Source: the human T2T-CHM13v2.0 reference genome, Homo sapiens. From it: 64,000 nt of DNA. The notes under the pieces are model-generated. The model worked only from the letters and a program-made list of their open reading frames with translations, had not been told where the DNA came from and searched no databases. Positions 22,185 through 43,900 of this stretch are shown here, piece after piece. The DNA is taken from NCBI RefSeq assembly GCF_009914755.1, contig NC_060928.1. One strand, written 5' to 3'. A program made the position numbers and the translations under genes. Numbering within the stretch: position 1 is the first letter of the stretch; each line of letters starts with the position of its first letter.

Positions 22185-23648
22185 TTTTGAGACGGAGTCT
22201 TGCTCTGTCACCCAGGCTGGAGTGCAGTGGTGCCATCTCGGCTCACTGCCAGCTCCGCCTCTCGGGTTCACGCCATTCTCCTGCCTCAGCCTCCCCAGCA
22301 GCTCAGACACAGTTGCACGCCACCATGCCCAGCTAATTTTTTTTTGTACTTTTAGTAGAGACGGGGTTTCACCGTGTTAGCCAGGATGGTCTCGATCTCT
22401 TGACCTCGTGATCCGCCCGCCTCGGCCTCCCAAAGTGCTGGGATTACAGGCATGAACCACCGCGCCCGGCCTAAAGTTATACTTTAAATCATGTGAACTT
22501 GAAAATTGCTTAGACCTATTTACTTAATTTATAAGTGCTTTTTTACTTATAAGCCAATTTTGGTAGACACAACATATAACAATAAGTGTACATACAAATA
22601 AACACATCTAGACATGCATACACACACATAAATGAAGATCCAGTAGCTTGGAACCTTAGCCATGAGATAGCAATACCAGCTTGCCCCAATAGATAATCCA
22701 GTGAAGGCTGTGAACCAAAATTTCAGTTAAAGCAGTTTCCATGGCAGCTTGATTTTTAAAGACCAAACCTTCCCAGACTCCAAAGAGCACTGGGGCCAAA
22801 CCCTACCAAAGTAGCGTGTCACACATTAACCAGGCTCCCAGCTTAGAACCGCAGCACAAAAGCCTGGATACATGCAATGCCATTCCACTTTCCCTTTAGA
22901 CAGTAAACTCCAGATTCCAAACAATGTTTGGGCCAGACAGCATTGCAATTGCGAGAGAAAATTCTAAGGAGGATTTAGTACTAGACCTCAGAGCCTCTGC
23001 TAAGAGCATCCCCTTTGAGCAGGTTGAGGTCCACAGGACCCACGGAGCATCCTCCTGTGGGGTCCAATCTTAGAGTGTCAGATGTCTCTGACCTTGGGTG
23101 GGCACTGGTACCACGTGCAGGTTTTCCCCTCCAAGGCCTACCTCCTAGTATGAGTCTTATAATAGCCATGAACTCTAATGAGAACAGGATGCCAGGTGGG
23201 CTTTTTGTCTTTAGCCAGTTGAGTACGTAAGGGAAGAACTTAGCATAAGAAAAGAAAGTTTAAGTCCCCTGAAACACGCGCGAGTTTGCTCTGAGCTGCA
23301 GGGATCAGGGATCGCCTAGATCTCCTTCCCCCTTCTGGACAGTGCAATTATAAACAGCCGCTGAAAGACTGAAAAGAAAGAAAGGAAAAAAAGAAAGAAA
23401 GAAAAACACCCAGATTCCTTAAGCTAACTGTAAAAAGACCCTGTTCCCCTAAGCGAAACATGAGATGGCAGTTAGGCCATCCTCAACATGGAAACCCTTC
23501 AGTTTCACGAACCACGGCCAGAAATCTGCAGCTGTTTCCATGTTTAGACGCCGCCCACCAAGGGTCCCCAGTTGGAAAGGAAAAGAGAGAGCGCGCCCCT
23601 GTATGGAGCGGAAAGGAAAGGGAGTAAAATGAATCCCAAACTTTTCGG

Positions 23649-23679
23649 CTTACCTCTTCTTCCTGTCTGATTCGCCGAA
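23649..23679 (-). other. Decayed primer-binding site (tRNA-Arg type) followed by the major splice donor
   Basis: Minus strand TTCGGCGAATCAGACAGGAAG resembles TGGCGAGCCAGCCAGGAG (complement of the tRNA-Arg 3' end); then GAG|GTAAG. Confidence 0.6.
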
Positions 23680-23680
23680 A

Positions 23681-24021
23681 TATTAATGGTGGAGAGTGTC
23701 CCGGTTCTTGGCTTCCTGAACAAAGAATTGGACAAAACGCACAAGCAAGGAAAGGAAGGAATGAAGGGTTTTATTGAAAACGAAAGTACGCTCCATGGTG
23801 TGGGAGCGGGCCTGAGCATAGAGTCTCAAAGTCCCTGTTGCAGAATATTTGGGAGTTGAAATACCCTCTACTTGGGTACGCCCTATGTAAATGGAGAGGA
23901 TGAAGTACAGTTACAAAGTCATTTACTTGGCCTTCGCCCTATGGAGAGGATATTTCCTATCATAGCTCAAGTGTGAATCTGCCTTATGTTCCCTGCCTCC
24001 AGACCCTATTTTCCTGCCTTA
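23681..24021 (-). mobile_element. 5' LTR of the provirus (MER61-like)
   Basis: Minus strand starts TAAGGCAGGAAAATAGGGTCTGGAGGCAGGGAACATAAGG and ends ...TAATA (decayed TG...CA); followed by the PBS. Confidence 0.88.
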
Positions 24022-24800
24022 CCAGGGCTAATGGAAATGTACCTTAGAATAGAAGAAGACTGTTGAAAACGAAGATTTTAGTCTATTTTGGTGTCTGCTT
24101 ATAAAAGTGCCTGACATGTAGAAGGCACTCAATAAATACTTGTGGAATGATGAATGAATGAGAGGATGAATGTATGAGTGGGAACCCAGCCAAGCCCTTG
24201 ACCTGTGGTTTTCTCTGGGTTTCAGCATCCCAGCAGCTCTCCTGGCAGGGAGGCAGAGCCCCCGGGGGCCACAGGGCAGGGCAGGCAAGATCTGGAAGTC
24301 AGTGATCAATGAGACTAGAAGGAGTTACCCATAAAAGGAAAACTTTACACTAACTCATCTAGAAAGTCAAGAGTGAGGGTGTTCTGTCACCCCACTGATG
24401 ACCAGGAGTGATTTCACTGATCCTCCTGCTCCATGTGTGCCAATCTAGAGCCATGACTCCTGTCCAAAAGAGCGACCTTTCCACATACAAATAGAGAGAG
24501 TTCTAGACAGACCATATGCTGAGTTTCAGAAACAGAAATAATCACTTTGTGTGGTCCAGAAACACAGCTGTAATCCTGCTTAGAGTTGCTTTTTCTCTTT
24601 GTTTGCTTGTGTTGTTTTTTGGGAGACAGGTGTCAGGAAATAGCCTTTATAATAATGACATTAAAAATTTTCTTCTCTTAGGGCCGGATGTGGTGGCTCA
24701 TGCCTGTAATCCCAGCACTTTGGGAGGCCAAGGTGGGCAGATCACGAGGTCAGGTGCTCGAGACCGGCCTGGCCAACATAGTGAAACCCCATCTCTACTA

Positions 24801-25016
<216 letters not shown>

Positions 25017-26389
25017 TTAGCTGAGACTAAGAGCAGTCAATAAAATACTTTATTAATGGCATAAGAGTTGCCTCCAGGTACTGGTGTTCTGATTACATAA
25101 TATCTACATTTAAAAAAAAATCTAGTTCATGTGAAAGCATGGACATGCTTTAGGCATTAGGCAGCAGTAACTGTAATAGGACCAATAAGGCAATGTACCA
25201 GTCCAAACATGTCCATACGCTGTGATTCATTGTTGTTATGTTCAAAAGGGTTAGAGCTCTAGATAGCACTGAAACTCAACCAGCAGAAACTCTCCAGTAA
25301 CCAGAAACTCTAATTTTTTGTTTGTTTTTTTAGATATGGGTCTCACTGTCACCCAGGCTAGAGTGCAGTGACTCACTGCAGCCTCAAATTCTAGGCAATC
25401 CTCCAGGCAATACGAGCTTGCCCCAATAGATAATCCAATGAAGGCTGTGAACCAAAATTTCAGTTAAAGCAGTTTCCATGGCAGTTCCATGGCTTCTCAA
25501 ATTGCTGGGATTACAGGTCTGAGCCACTGTGCTCAGCCATGAAACTCCAATTAAAATAGTAGGCCGGGCGCAGTGGCACATGCTTGTAATCCTAACACCT
25601 TGGGAGGCCAAGGCAGGAGGATTGTTTGGGCCCGGGAGTTCAAGACCGGCCTTTCAAACATCGCAAGACCCTGTCTCTACAAAAATTAAAATTAGCTGGG
25701 TGAGGTGGCACTCACCTTCAGTCTTGTGAGGCTAAGGGTAGGAGGATCGCTTGAGCACAGGAGAGCGAGGCTGCAGTGAGCTGTGATTGCGCCACAGCAC
25801 TCAGCCTGGGCGACAGAGTGAGGCTTTGTCTCAAATAAAATAAAATAAAATAATTGTAGTAGTGTCCACAAGAATCACCTGCAGACCCCGAAGATCTTAG
25901 ACTTCGAATATTCACCCTGACTGCTCCCTTTACCTAGAATCCCACTTATCTTAGATCAGTCTAAGTCCCCACCTCTCCATTTGGCTACCCCTGCTTATCC
26001 TTCAAAACTCAGGTAAGATTTTCTCCTTAGCCAGGAGCCCTCTTTGAGCATAATTCACTTCCCCACTTCTCCTATAAGCCCCCATAGCATCTTTCAAATT
26101 TCTGTGTAGTTAACACATTACATGGCATATTTTGTTTGTCTTTCCCTCTGCCCAGAAGGTAAGCTTCTCAGTCTATTCATGCACCTAGTAAAATGCAATT
26201 ACCATAGTAGGCAGCTCAACAAATATACACTAAGAAATGTTATTCAGAGTCTTGAAAAGTAGTGAATTGGCCGGCCGTGATGGCTTATGCCTGTAACTCC
26301 AGCACTTTGGGAGGCTGAGGCGGGCGGATCACCTGAGGTCAGGAGTTCGAAACCAGCCTGACCAATATGGTGAAACTCCGTCTCTACTA

Positions 26390-26607
<218 letters not shown>

Positions 26608-28395
26608 CTATCTGCAATAAGCTTTGATGCTACAAAATTTTCCAGTGATCTTTAAGAGGAAAAAACTGAGAAGCAGTGTTCACTTTTCTTTCAGTTTCTT
26701 CTTTCCAGGAGGATACTAAGAAGTAATGATGCCTCTTTTTTTATGCTTAGAAAAATCTCAGATGAGGACAATCATCTTTATTTCTATTTTCAGCACGGGT
26801 TCTTGCTGTGTGGCTGTGAAAATGACTGACAGAAATTATAACCAGGTACCGACTGCTCTGTACTTTTTCTTTCTCTTCCAGGTTCGGGATGGCACATTCC
26901 TAATTCCCTCTTGACCACAAAATGTGAGGATCTAGCCTCAAATCTGCAACGCTTGCGTCTAAGAAAAAAATTGTTTTTAAATTTCCATTTAACAGAAATA
27001 CAGATGCAGAGCCATATAATCATCGGTCTTTGATCACTCAGCAAATCACAGAACAAGGAACAAATCCTAGAGGGGATGACAGGCCAGTTTTTGACCCTAT
27101 AGCCCAGCAACCTCAACACAGAACTGGAACCTTTCCCACATTAATTGCAAGGCAAGCAAGTGACAGATTTTTACTTTTTAGTTCAATCTTTTTAAATCAA
27201 TTATAAAAGATGACAAATATACACCTCTCTTGGGATACTTTAGATAGGGCCTTATATAAGTATTATATGTCCTAAAATCAGGCAGATCTTTCTTTATCCC
27301 CGTCACATATTTTACATTTCTGAAAGTAAAACAGGAAATTACTTCAAGAAAATGCCTGGAAGAAAAGCAAATATTTTCAAACTATTCAGAAGAATGGAAT
27401 TTTTCAAAAATTAAAAGTTGCCAAAGGGAGCCAGGCATGGTGGGTCACACCTGGAACCTCAGTGCTTTGAGAGGCAGAGACAGGATGATCACTTGAGGCC
27501 AGCAGTTTGAGACCAGCCTGGGTAACATAGTGAGACCCTATCTCTATAAAAAATTAAAAAATTAGCTGGGCCTGGTGGTGCATGTCTGCAGTCGTAGCCA
27601 CTCCAAAGTCTGAGGTGGGAGGATCACTTGAGCCCAGCAGTTTGAGGCTGAAGTGAGCTATAATCACGCCACTGCACTCCAGCCTGGGCAAGAGAGCAAG
27701 ATCATCTCTTAAAAAAACGGAAAATAAAATAAAATAAACTTGCCAAAGGGGAAAAAAAGCAAGTAATGTCTAATTATTTAAAGCCCAAAGAGAGAAAAAA
27801 CAGCTGTTATTCCACTATTATGCTATCATATTTGGCTGCCCCTTTCACTGGGTTATTACTATTGGTATCTGGGAATATACCCGGCCCTTCTCTGATCTCC
27901 TGTGTCCCAACAGTCCAAAGGAGGGGGATAGCCAGCTGCTTCTCCTTGTCTCATTGTCTGGCCATGGGGAATGCTTTGGCTGTCACTTGCAGCTCCTCTT
28001 CTGAGTCTGTAGCGACTGGGGAAGTGCCTAGCTGGTTTTATCTTTTCTAGATGCAGAGGATGCAACAGGGAACCAGAAACGCCTTCCTGAAAATGTCATT
28101 TGTTTGTATTTTCTGCGTCTCTTACAGAATCTCTGGGACTCATGCAGAGGCAGAAAAGGATACTCTCTATCTCCCTATGACTTTTATTAAATCCTAAGAT
28201 TTTAAAATGTAGTAACTGGGACTCATTCTGATCTTAGTTGAATGAATTCTCATTACTGTGTTTCTTTTCCATGTTAAAGAAATATAATATTTGTGCTTCC
28301 TTAAAACTAAAATTACAACTGAAATCAGCATAGTGAGTGGTTCACTTAGAGTGGAAGGTTTAAAGCAATAGAGGAGTTTATATTTAATAAAATTA

Positions 28396-28539
<144 letters not shown>

Positions 28540-28578
28540 TTAGCCGGGCCTAGTGGCAGGCGCCTGTAATCCCAGCTA

Positions 28579-28750
<172 letters not shown>

Positions 28751-28847
28751 TTACATTTTCCTATATCCTGTGATTTATTGCAAGTTACTGCCAATACCTT
28801 TTGAAGTCCATATGGGTAAATATTGTAAGTAAATAACTAATATATAA

Positions 28848-28982
<135 letters not shown>

Positions 28983-30880
28983 TGAGACCACAGGCACATT
29001 CCACCATGCCTGACTAATTTTTTTTTTTTTTTTTTTTTTGTAGAAACAGGATCTCACTATGTTGCCCAGGCTGGTCTCAAGCTCATGGGCTAAGTGATCC
29101 TCTTGCTTCAGCCTCCCAAAGTGCTGGGATTACATGCATGAGCCACCATGCCTGGCCTAAAACATTTTCTTAATCATCACTGTGTGCTTATGTGTTCTGG
29201 CACTGTTCTGTATGCTATGGAGAAAGGCTAATAAGATATTTTGGGTCCTTTATTTATTTATTTATTTGTTTATTTTTTATGCTGAACCCATTTGTTCGGA
29301 ATATTTTGTGTCCTTATGTAGATTGTAACCCAGAGACTCAGATAAGGAGTGATACCTTATTTATACTATTTATCCACAAGTCAGGCATTACGTTTGAAAT
29401 GTTTTTCTAGTAGTACTAATGAGCTTGTGCTGCACCAACCACTTACTCCTTAGTGGCTTCTTCTTTGACTCATGCATACATTTTATAGAAGTCTTAGAGT
29501 AGGGACTGTGGGTTTTGTTCCTGAAACAAAACAGAGATAACTAGAACACACCGGTTTCTAATTCCCAAGCCTGGCCTGATTTCTATCATCCTCTAACCTG
29601 CTAATCACATCTCCACGAAGAAGGGAGCCAAGTGCAGAGAGGAACATGTTTCCCAGTTTTAATTGCAACAATTTATGTAACAGCATGTGACACCAAGCTC
29701 TAATAAACTGGCAAAGATCAAATCAACAAATACATAGCATGATATATGATGATAAATGATAAATATATAATGCAAGTTTATTTTATTTCTCTTGGGATAA
29801 TGCTGAAAGGAAGAACAGAGATAATTAAAGGGAGAAAGTAATTTGTTTGCAAATATTAGGAACATCTTCTGAAAAGGCCAAGAGGCAGAAAGGAAATGGA
29901 GACTGTGGAAATGATTTATGAAAAATAAGGAAACAAAAGTACCTGATGGACTTATAGACTGTAAATCAGCAAAGACACGATTGGTAATGAAGGCCATTAA
30001 GACAGAACTAACTGGTGGAAAGTGCTGGAGCCTGCAGTCAATATCTTTAACTTTATTTAGAAGGGTGCTATAGAATTTTTGAGGCCTAATAGACCATAGA
30101 AGTGGCATTTGAGAGAAGGATTTTAAGATCCTTAAGAAAATAAACCATTTAGAATCAGCCAGATTGATAAGTAAGTGTAATCTTCTGTTTATGGCAGAAG
30201 AGCTATGAGAAGTTCAGAGAAGAAAAACAACAATATAATTTAGTTATTAACTATAGGGGCAGGGGGCAGAAAATAAGACTCAGCATTCCTAAAAGATGAA
30301 TTTCATGATCTGCCTTACTCTTTGGTAGGATTTATAGGCATTGCAGCATTACAGTTTTTACATCATAGGCAGTGTCTGCCTTCACGGCGAACATGGGTTT
30401 CCAAGTCTCCTAGCAGCTATTTAGCCTCAGAATAGGTCCGTTAATAACAGCACAAATTCTTTCTTCCATCCATTCTCACAGGTACAGTGGTAATCTCAAC
30501 TTTTTAGAGTCGGAAGGAAACTCAGAAGACATTCTAGTTCAACTTTCTCATTTTACAGGTTAGAGAGGATATATGATTTGTTCAAGGCCATACAGTTAGT
30601 TTAGTGCTGAAGGAGAGTAAAACCCAGGCTTACAAGTTCTCAATAGTGTTGCCAAATGTATTTGTTTCTATTTCAAATATGCCAAATGTATGTTTATTCT
30701 ATTTTGAAAGGACCAGTTAGCCAAATATTATTCTAGTTTTTGAAAAAATGATAAAGCGCCATGTTAAACAGAAAACTGTGAAGTCATACCACTTTTTTTT
30801 TAATTAAAAAAAATAGAGGTCGGGCATGGTGGCTTATGCCTGTAATCCCAGCACTTTGGGAGCCCGAGGTGGGTGAATCA

Positions 30881-31204
<324 letters not shown>

Positions 31205-31331
31205 TTACAGGCGTGAGCCACTGCACTCCTGCCTTTTTCTTTTCTTTTCTTTCTTTTTTATGTTTTTTTTCTGAGACAGAGTCTCACTCCCTTGCCTAGG
31301 ATGGAGTGCAGTGGCATGATTACAGTCATGA

Positions 31332-34985
<3,654 letters not shown>

Positions 34986-35051
34986 TCACCCCCCTACACA
35001 CACCCTTTCCTTCAGTTTTATTTGTTTGTTTTTTGTTTTTTTTTCTTTTGA

Positions 35052-35210
<159 letters not shown>

Positions 35211-35706
35211 TAGTAGAGACCGGCTTTCTCCATGTTGGTCAGGCTGGTCCTGAACTCCTGACCTCAGGTGATCTGCCCACCTCGGCCTCCCAAAGTGCTG
35301 GGATTACAGGCATGAGCCACCATCCCTGGCTTCTTCAGCTTTTAATGGTATATATTTTAGCCCTATATTTATATTAGACTTCAAACTATGGGAACTTGAC
35401 TAGACGAAAAATTCATTCATGCGAAGAAATTGCAGACAGTCCAGATGAAGGCCAACTGTGTGTGCTGACAAAAATATGAGAACCTCTGCCTCCAATTAAT
35501 ACTGAGTTGTGAGGAAACAGGAAATTGAACTGTAGGGAGAAGCAGGAAATATTACTGCAAACAAATAGCCAACAGGTAAAAGGGAGTTAAGATGGTCCTG
35601 AGACCCTGCTTCATTACCGTTGTTTTCCTGAATAAGTCTTTTGAAATGAGATATGATTGGATAAGAAAATTCTTTGCAAGAACTTATATAAGCTCTCATA
35701 TCAACT

Positions 35707-35853
35707 CTATTCATGTATTTTATTTTAATTATTTTAGAGAGAAAGGTTTATTGCAAGACAGCTGAGCAAGGAGACAGAAGATGAGCTCAAATCTGCCTCC
35801 CCTCCTCAGCTCACAAGCTCACAAGCAGTATATTTAAGGACAGTGGTTTTAGG
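35707..35853 (-). mobile_element. Short L1-mediated retrocopy of an LTR-like 3' transcript end
   Basis: 16-bp perfect TSD agctctcatatcaact (35691-35706, 35854-35869); AATAAA (35747-35752, -) followed by a decayed A-tail. Confidence 0.75.
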
Positions 35854-36237
35854 AGCTCTCATATCAACTTTATTACACTGACTTGATTCCTGAGCAGGTT
35901 TAAAGGAATAATATAAAGATATTGAGTATTTGTCAACTTTCAGCTTAGGAGAAATTTAGTCACTCTTATATGAAGAGTCAGGTTTGAATACTTGGGAAAC
36001 AATCTCTTCATGAACAGTGAAGCTAAAATAATGTGAGGTGGCACATGTAATTGCACTGGAATCTGCCTGCAGCTACAGTTCTCATGTAAACTGATTAATG
36101 AGATGATGCTTGTTCCAAAGCTCAAAAGGCTTCCCAGAGTGCTGCTGAACCCCAGTCCTACATTTGGCCTCTCTAGTTTGTTAACAAAGATTTGAAGGAC
36201 AACAGTCTAGATGGAAACCTGAGCAAGATATCAATAA

Positions 36238-36738
<501 letters not shown>

Positions 36739-36819
36739 TAGGTCAGAAATGGCCAAATACCAGCAGATTCATAGGATTCAGCTCTATAAAACAGGCCACA
36801 GTTCCACAAGTCTCACAAT

Positions 36820-37150
36820 TTCATTCAGCAAACATTTATTGAAGGCCCTAATGTAGCTTTTGTTTTCAGGCAACTTTCATTCTAGTGAGGAATTCTAAAA
36901 TATACACAAATAATTGCAAATCAGAATGAGGAATGCAATAGTAAAGGGACAGGATAGCACAAAGAAAGGTGTCATCGGGTCAGCTCAGTCAGGCAAGGAA
37001 AGACTTTACAAAGCAGGTGATGTTTAGTTGAGTAATTAGAAAGGAGTTGGGTTGGTTGAGGGATGGACAGTGTCTTTTTAGATGGAGTGAACTACCTATG
37101 TAAGGTCTTTGAGGCACAAACAGGATGGCAAGTTCAAGGAATAATGCTGT
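36820..37150 (-). mobile_element. L2 fragment (similar pieces at about 24090-24175, 25970-26230, 57780-58100)
   Basis: ttcattcagcaaacatttattgaagg terminal motif and gtcaggcaaggaaagacttt. Confidence 0.55.
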
Positions 37151-38244
37151 TAAATCATTTAGGATGTCTGGATCTATAGGGGAGGGAAGGTAGCTGGAGG
37201 CTGCAGGAAAATAAGAGTAAGGACAGAAAATAAGTATGGAGAGAGATTAAACAGGTATGGATTGTGGAATGAACAAGCATAGGCTGCCTTCAGTGTCATA
37301 CTATAAGAATTTTGACTGTAAAGACATAACAATTTTTTTTTTTGAGACAGAGTTTTGCTCTTGTTGCCCAGGCTAGAGTGCAATGGTGCAACCTCGGCTC
37401 GCTGCAACCTCCACCTCCCAGGTTCAAGCATATTACAAGCATGAACCACCATGCCCGGCTAATTTTTGTATTTTTAGTAGAGACGGGGTTTCGCCACGTT
37501 GGCCAGGCTGGTCTCAAACTCCTGACCTCAGGTGATCTGTCTGCCTCGGCCTCCCAAAGTGCTGTGATTACAGGTGTGCCCGGCAGGATATAACAAATTA
37601 AATGTCTTCAATCAGATTATAGTAGGCTAGTGAAGTTTTAGCTGGGAGTTAACACGATCAACTTACCATTTTAGAAGGTAAGTAATTCTGTGAACTTAAC
37701 AGTAGGGAGATTCGCTTAGAGTTTACAGGTATGAAGAAGTGAACTAAGGTAACAATCTGGAGATGCAGAGAATGGGAAGGAGTGAGAGATGTGGTAGAAG
37801 TAAAATTGAAAATGCTCAGCATACTTCGCTGGGCCTTTAGTTCTTTTGAAAAATGTGACATATTTTCTTTATTGAAGGTTCTATATGACTAAAATATCTG
37901 CATTGTGACTTTATAACAACTGTTATTCTGGACATCTTAATAACAATAAAATCACTGCATTGTGAATTTAATTAATTACCATCTAATCTTAAAATGAATT
38001 TTAAAACTTGGTTTAATTTTTCATTCTATTTGTTTTCTATTTGAGACATTATAGATATAACCACAATCTTCATAGAATCTTCTACTGCAAAGGAACATTC
38101 CTTTTCCTAGTTCTGAATGAAAGCATTTCTGATATGTGAAGAATTCTCATTCCTAAAGGGGAAGTAGTAATGCCCACAATCTTCTCATCGTCATGCCACT
38201 TGATAAAGGGAAAAGCTAATTTAATTCTTTTTTAATTTGTTTTT

Positions 38245-38346
38245 AAAAACATAGAACACTTCACGAATTTGCATGTCATCCTCCTGCAGGGACCATGCTA
38301 ATCTTTGTATCATTACAATTTTAGTATATGTGCTGCCGAAGTGAGC
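38245..38346 (-). pseudogene. U6 snRNA processed pseudogene, near full length
   Basis: aaaaacatagaacacttcacgaatttgcatgtcatcctcctgcagggaccatgctaatctttgtatcattacaattttagtatatgtgctgccgaagtgagc is antisense U6; decayed poly(A) at 38221-38244; short TSD gctaat on both sides. Confidence 0.92.
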
Positions 38347-39292
38347 TGCTAATATACCCTTAATCCATTTTTTCCCCTGGAAATCACTATCCATAAGAAA
38401 TAATGTCAGAAAATGAGTTTTTTATTAGTTTAATTATTAAATTGAGCAATGATTATTTGAAATTATATATCCATGTGTGAAATTCAAATAATATTTAACT
38501 TTCATAATTCTTCCAACTTGTTCACTAAAATCTTACTCTAAAAGCTAAATAAAATAATTTTTTTCTAGAAATTCTTTTAGTGATTCTATTCACTGGAGAA
38601 AAACATTATACAATATGTTTTATTATACTAGACAGTGTTGTTTCTAGTCAATGAATGCTATCTGACAGGACAAATAGTTGGCACCAAAACCACTAACACA
38701 TTCAGAACGTAATCTCCCCTGAATCCAGCTTGAACTCTCAAAAACTGGCTGTGGAGTATACTGTACTTTGTAATAGAAAATTCACACTTTAAAAAATGGA
38801 CAAAAATAGTTATCTCAGCTCCGTTGTTAAAGACTGCTCCATATATTTTTTCACAATTAAGGTAATATTTATTTATTTATCTATTTATTTGAGACAGGAT
38901 CTTGCTCTGTTGCCCAGGCCAGAGTAAAGTGGTGTGATCGACTCTCTGTAGACTTGAATCCTCAGGCTCAAGTGATCCTCCTGACTCAGCCTCCTGAGTA
39001 GCTGGGACTACAGGTGTGTGCCACCACACTCAGCAATTTTTTTTTTTTTGTAAAGATAGGATCTTTCTTTGTTGCCCAAGCTGGTCTTGAACTCCTGGCT
39101 TCAAGCAATCCTCCCACCTCAGCCTTCCAAAGCCACTTGTATTACAGGCATTAGCCACCATGCCCAGCCATTAATACATTAATATTTAAATTTTATGGTC
39201 ATGTCAGTGTTTGGAAAATGTGTTAGATTTTCTAATTTAGGCTTCCTTTATATCTCTTGTCTACATCAAAGAGAAGTAACTGAATTATTTGA

Positions 39293-39466
<174 letters not shown>

Positions 39467-40852
39467 TAGAGGTGTGCACCACCACACTGGGCTAATTTTT
39501 GAATTTTTAGTAGAGACGGGGTTTCACCATGTTGGCCAGGCTGGTCTGGAACTCCTGACCTCAAGTGATCCATCTGCCTTGGCCTCTCAAAATGCTGGGA
39601 TTACAGGCGTGAGCCACCGCACCCAGGCTTCTGTGTCAATTTTTATCTTTTGCAATCATTTCATATTCTATACCTCACACTCTATCTCACTTTGACTTCT
39701 TCAATATATAGTACTTTTTTTATATTAAGATCAGTCAGGCCAGGTGCTGTGGCTCATGCCTCTAATCCCAGCACTCTGGGAGGCTGAGGCAAGAGAATCA
39801 CTTAAGTCCAGGAGGCAGAAGTTGCAGTGAGCCAAGATCATGCCACTGCACTCTAATCTGGCCGACAGAGCCAGACTCCATCTCAAAAAAAAAAAATAAA
39901 TAAATAAGATCAGTCAATGGTATAAGAGTAAAAATGCTTTTTATGGAATACTGTTGTTAAACCTTCATTATTCTGGTTGTTAAACTCAAAAAAGATCAAT
40001 AAAACATAGGCTGCTTTTGGATTTGATAGCTGCTGTTTCAAAGCGTCATTTTATTTTATCTTATTTTATTTTGAGACAGGGTCTTGCTCTATTGCCCAGG
40101 CTGGAGTGCATTGGTGCTACCATAGGTCACTGCAGCCTCCAACTTCTGGGTTCAAGTGATTCTCCCACCTCAGCCCCCTGAGTAGCTGGAACTACAGGCG
40201 CATGCCATCATGCCTAGCTAATTTTTAAATTTTTTGTAGAGATGAGGTCTTGCTACATTGCCCAGGCTAGTCTTGAACTCCTGGCCTTGAGTGATCCTCC
40301 TGCCTCAGCATTAAAATAATACTGAATTTTAAAATGAAAAAAAAAATTCTTCTATATGCAGTCACATTTCAGCATTTAGCAGCTCTGAAAAGAATTTAGA
40401 AAAGGTACCAATTGGCCGGCCACAAGGCTAAGCCAGACAAAATCTGTTTCTGTTAGGCACAGCTAGTTCTTTCTTTATTCCCATTGAGGAATGTGAAAAG
40501 CAATGATACTAAATCTAAAAAAAAAAAAAAAAAAAAAGTGCGTCATATTCAAAATTGTTTTATTTCCTAAGCATTTTTTTCTTTTTCTTTTCTTTCTTTC
40601 TTTCTTTTTTTTTTTTTTTTTGAGACAGAATTTCTCTTTTGTCAGCCAGGCTGGAATGCTGAAATGCGATGGCATGATCTGGGCTCACTGCAACCTCCAC
40701 CTCTCAGGTTCAAGTGATTCTCCTGCCTCAGCCTCCTGAGTAGCTGGGATTATAGGTGCCCACCACCACGCCCAGCTAATTTTTGTATTTTTAGTAAAGA
40801 CAGGGTTTCACCATGTTGGCCAGGCTGGTCTCAAACTCTTGACCTCAGGTGA

Positions 40853-41370
<518 letters not shown>

Positions 41371-41604
41371 TCTTTTTTATTTTAAAAAAATTTTTTTAAG
41401 TAAAAAAAAATTCTAAGTAGAGACAGGGTCTTGCTATATTGCTCAGCTTGGTCTCAAGATCCTGGGCTCAAGTGATCCTCCTGCCTTGGCCTCCCAAAGT
41501 GCTGTAACTACAGGTGTCAGCCACTATGCCTGACCTAAAGTCACAATTAACAGGAGTGTATACAAAAAGGTGGGAAGAATTAGTGACTATTTTTTTTCAA
41601 TCTA

Positions 41605-43894
<2,290 letters not shown>

Positions 43895-43900
<6 letters not shown>

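Noticed and set aside
23870-23945. p53 sites in the MER61-like LTRs
   Set aside because: The corresponding positions read GGGCGTACCC and GGGCGAAGGC on the - strand and lack the CWWG core.
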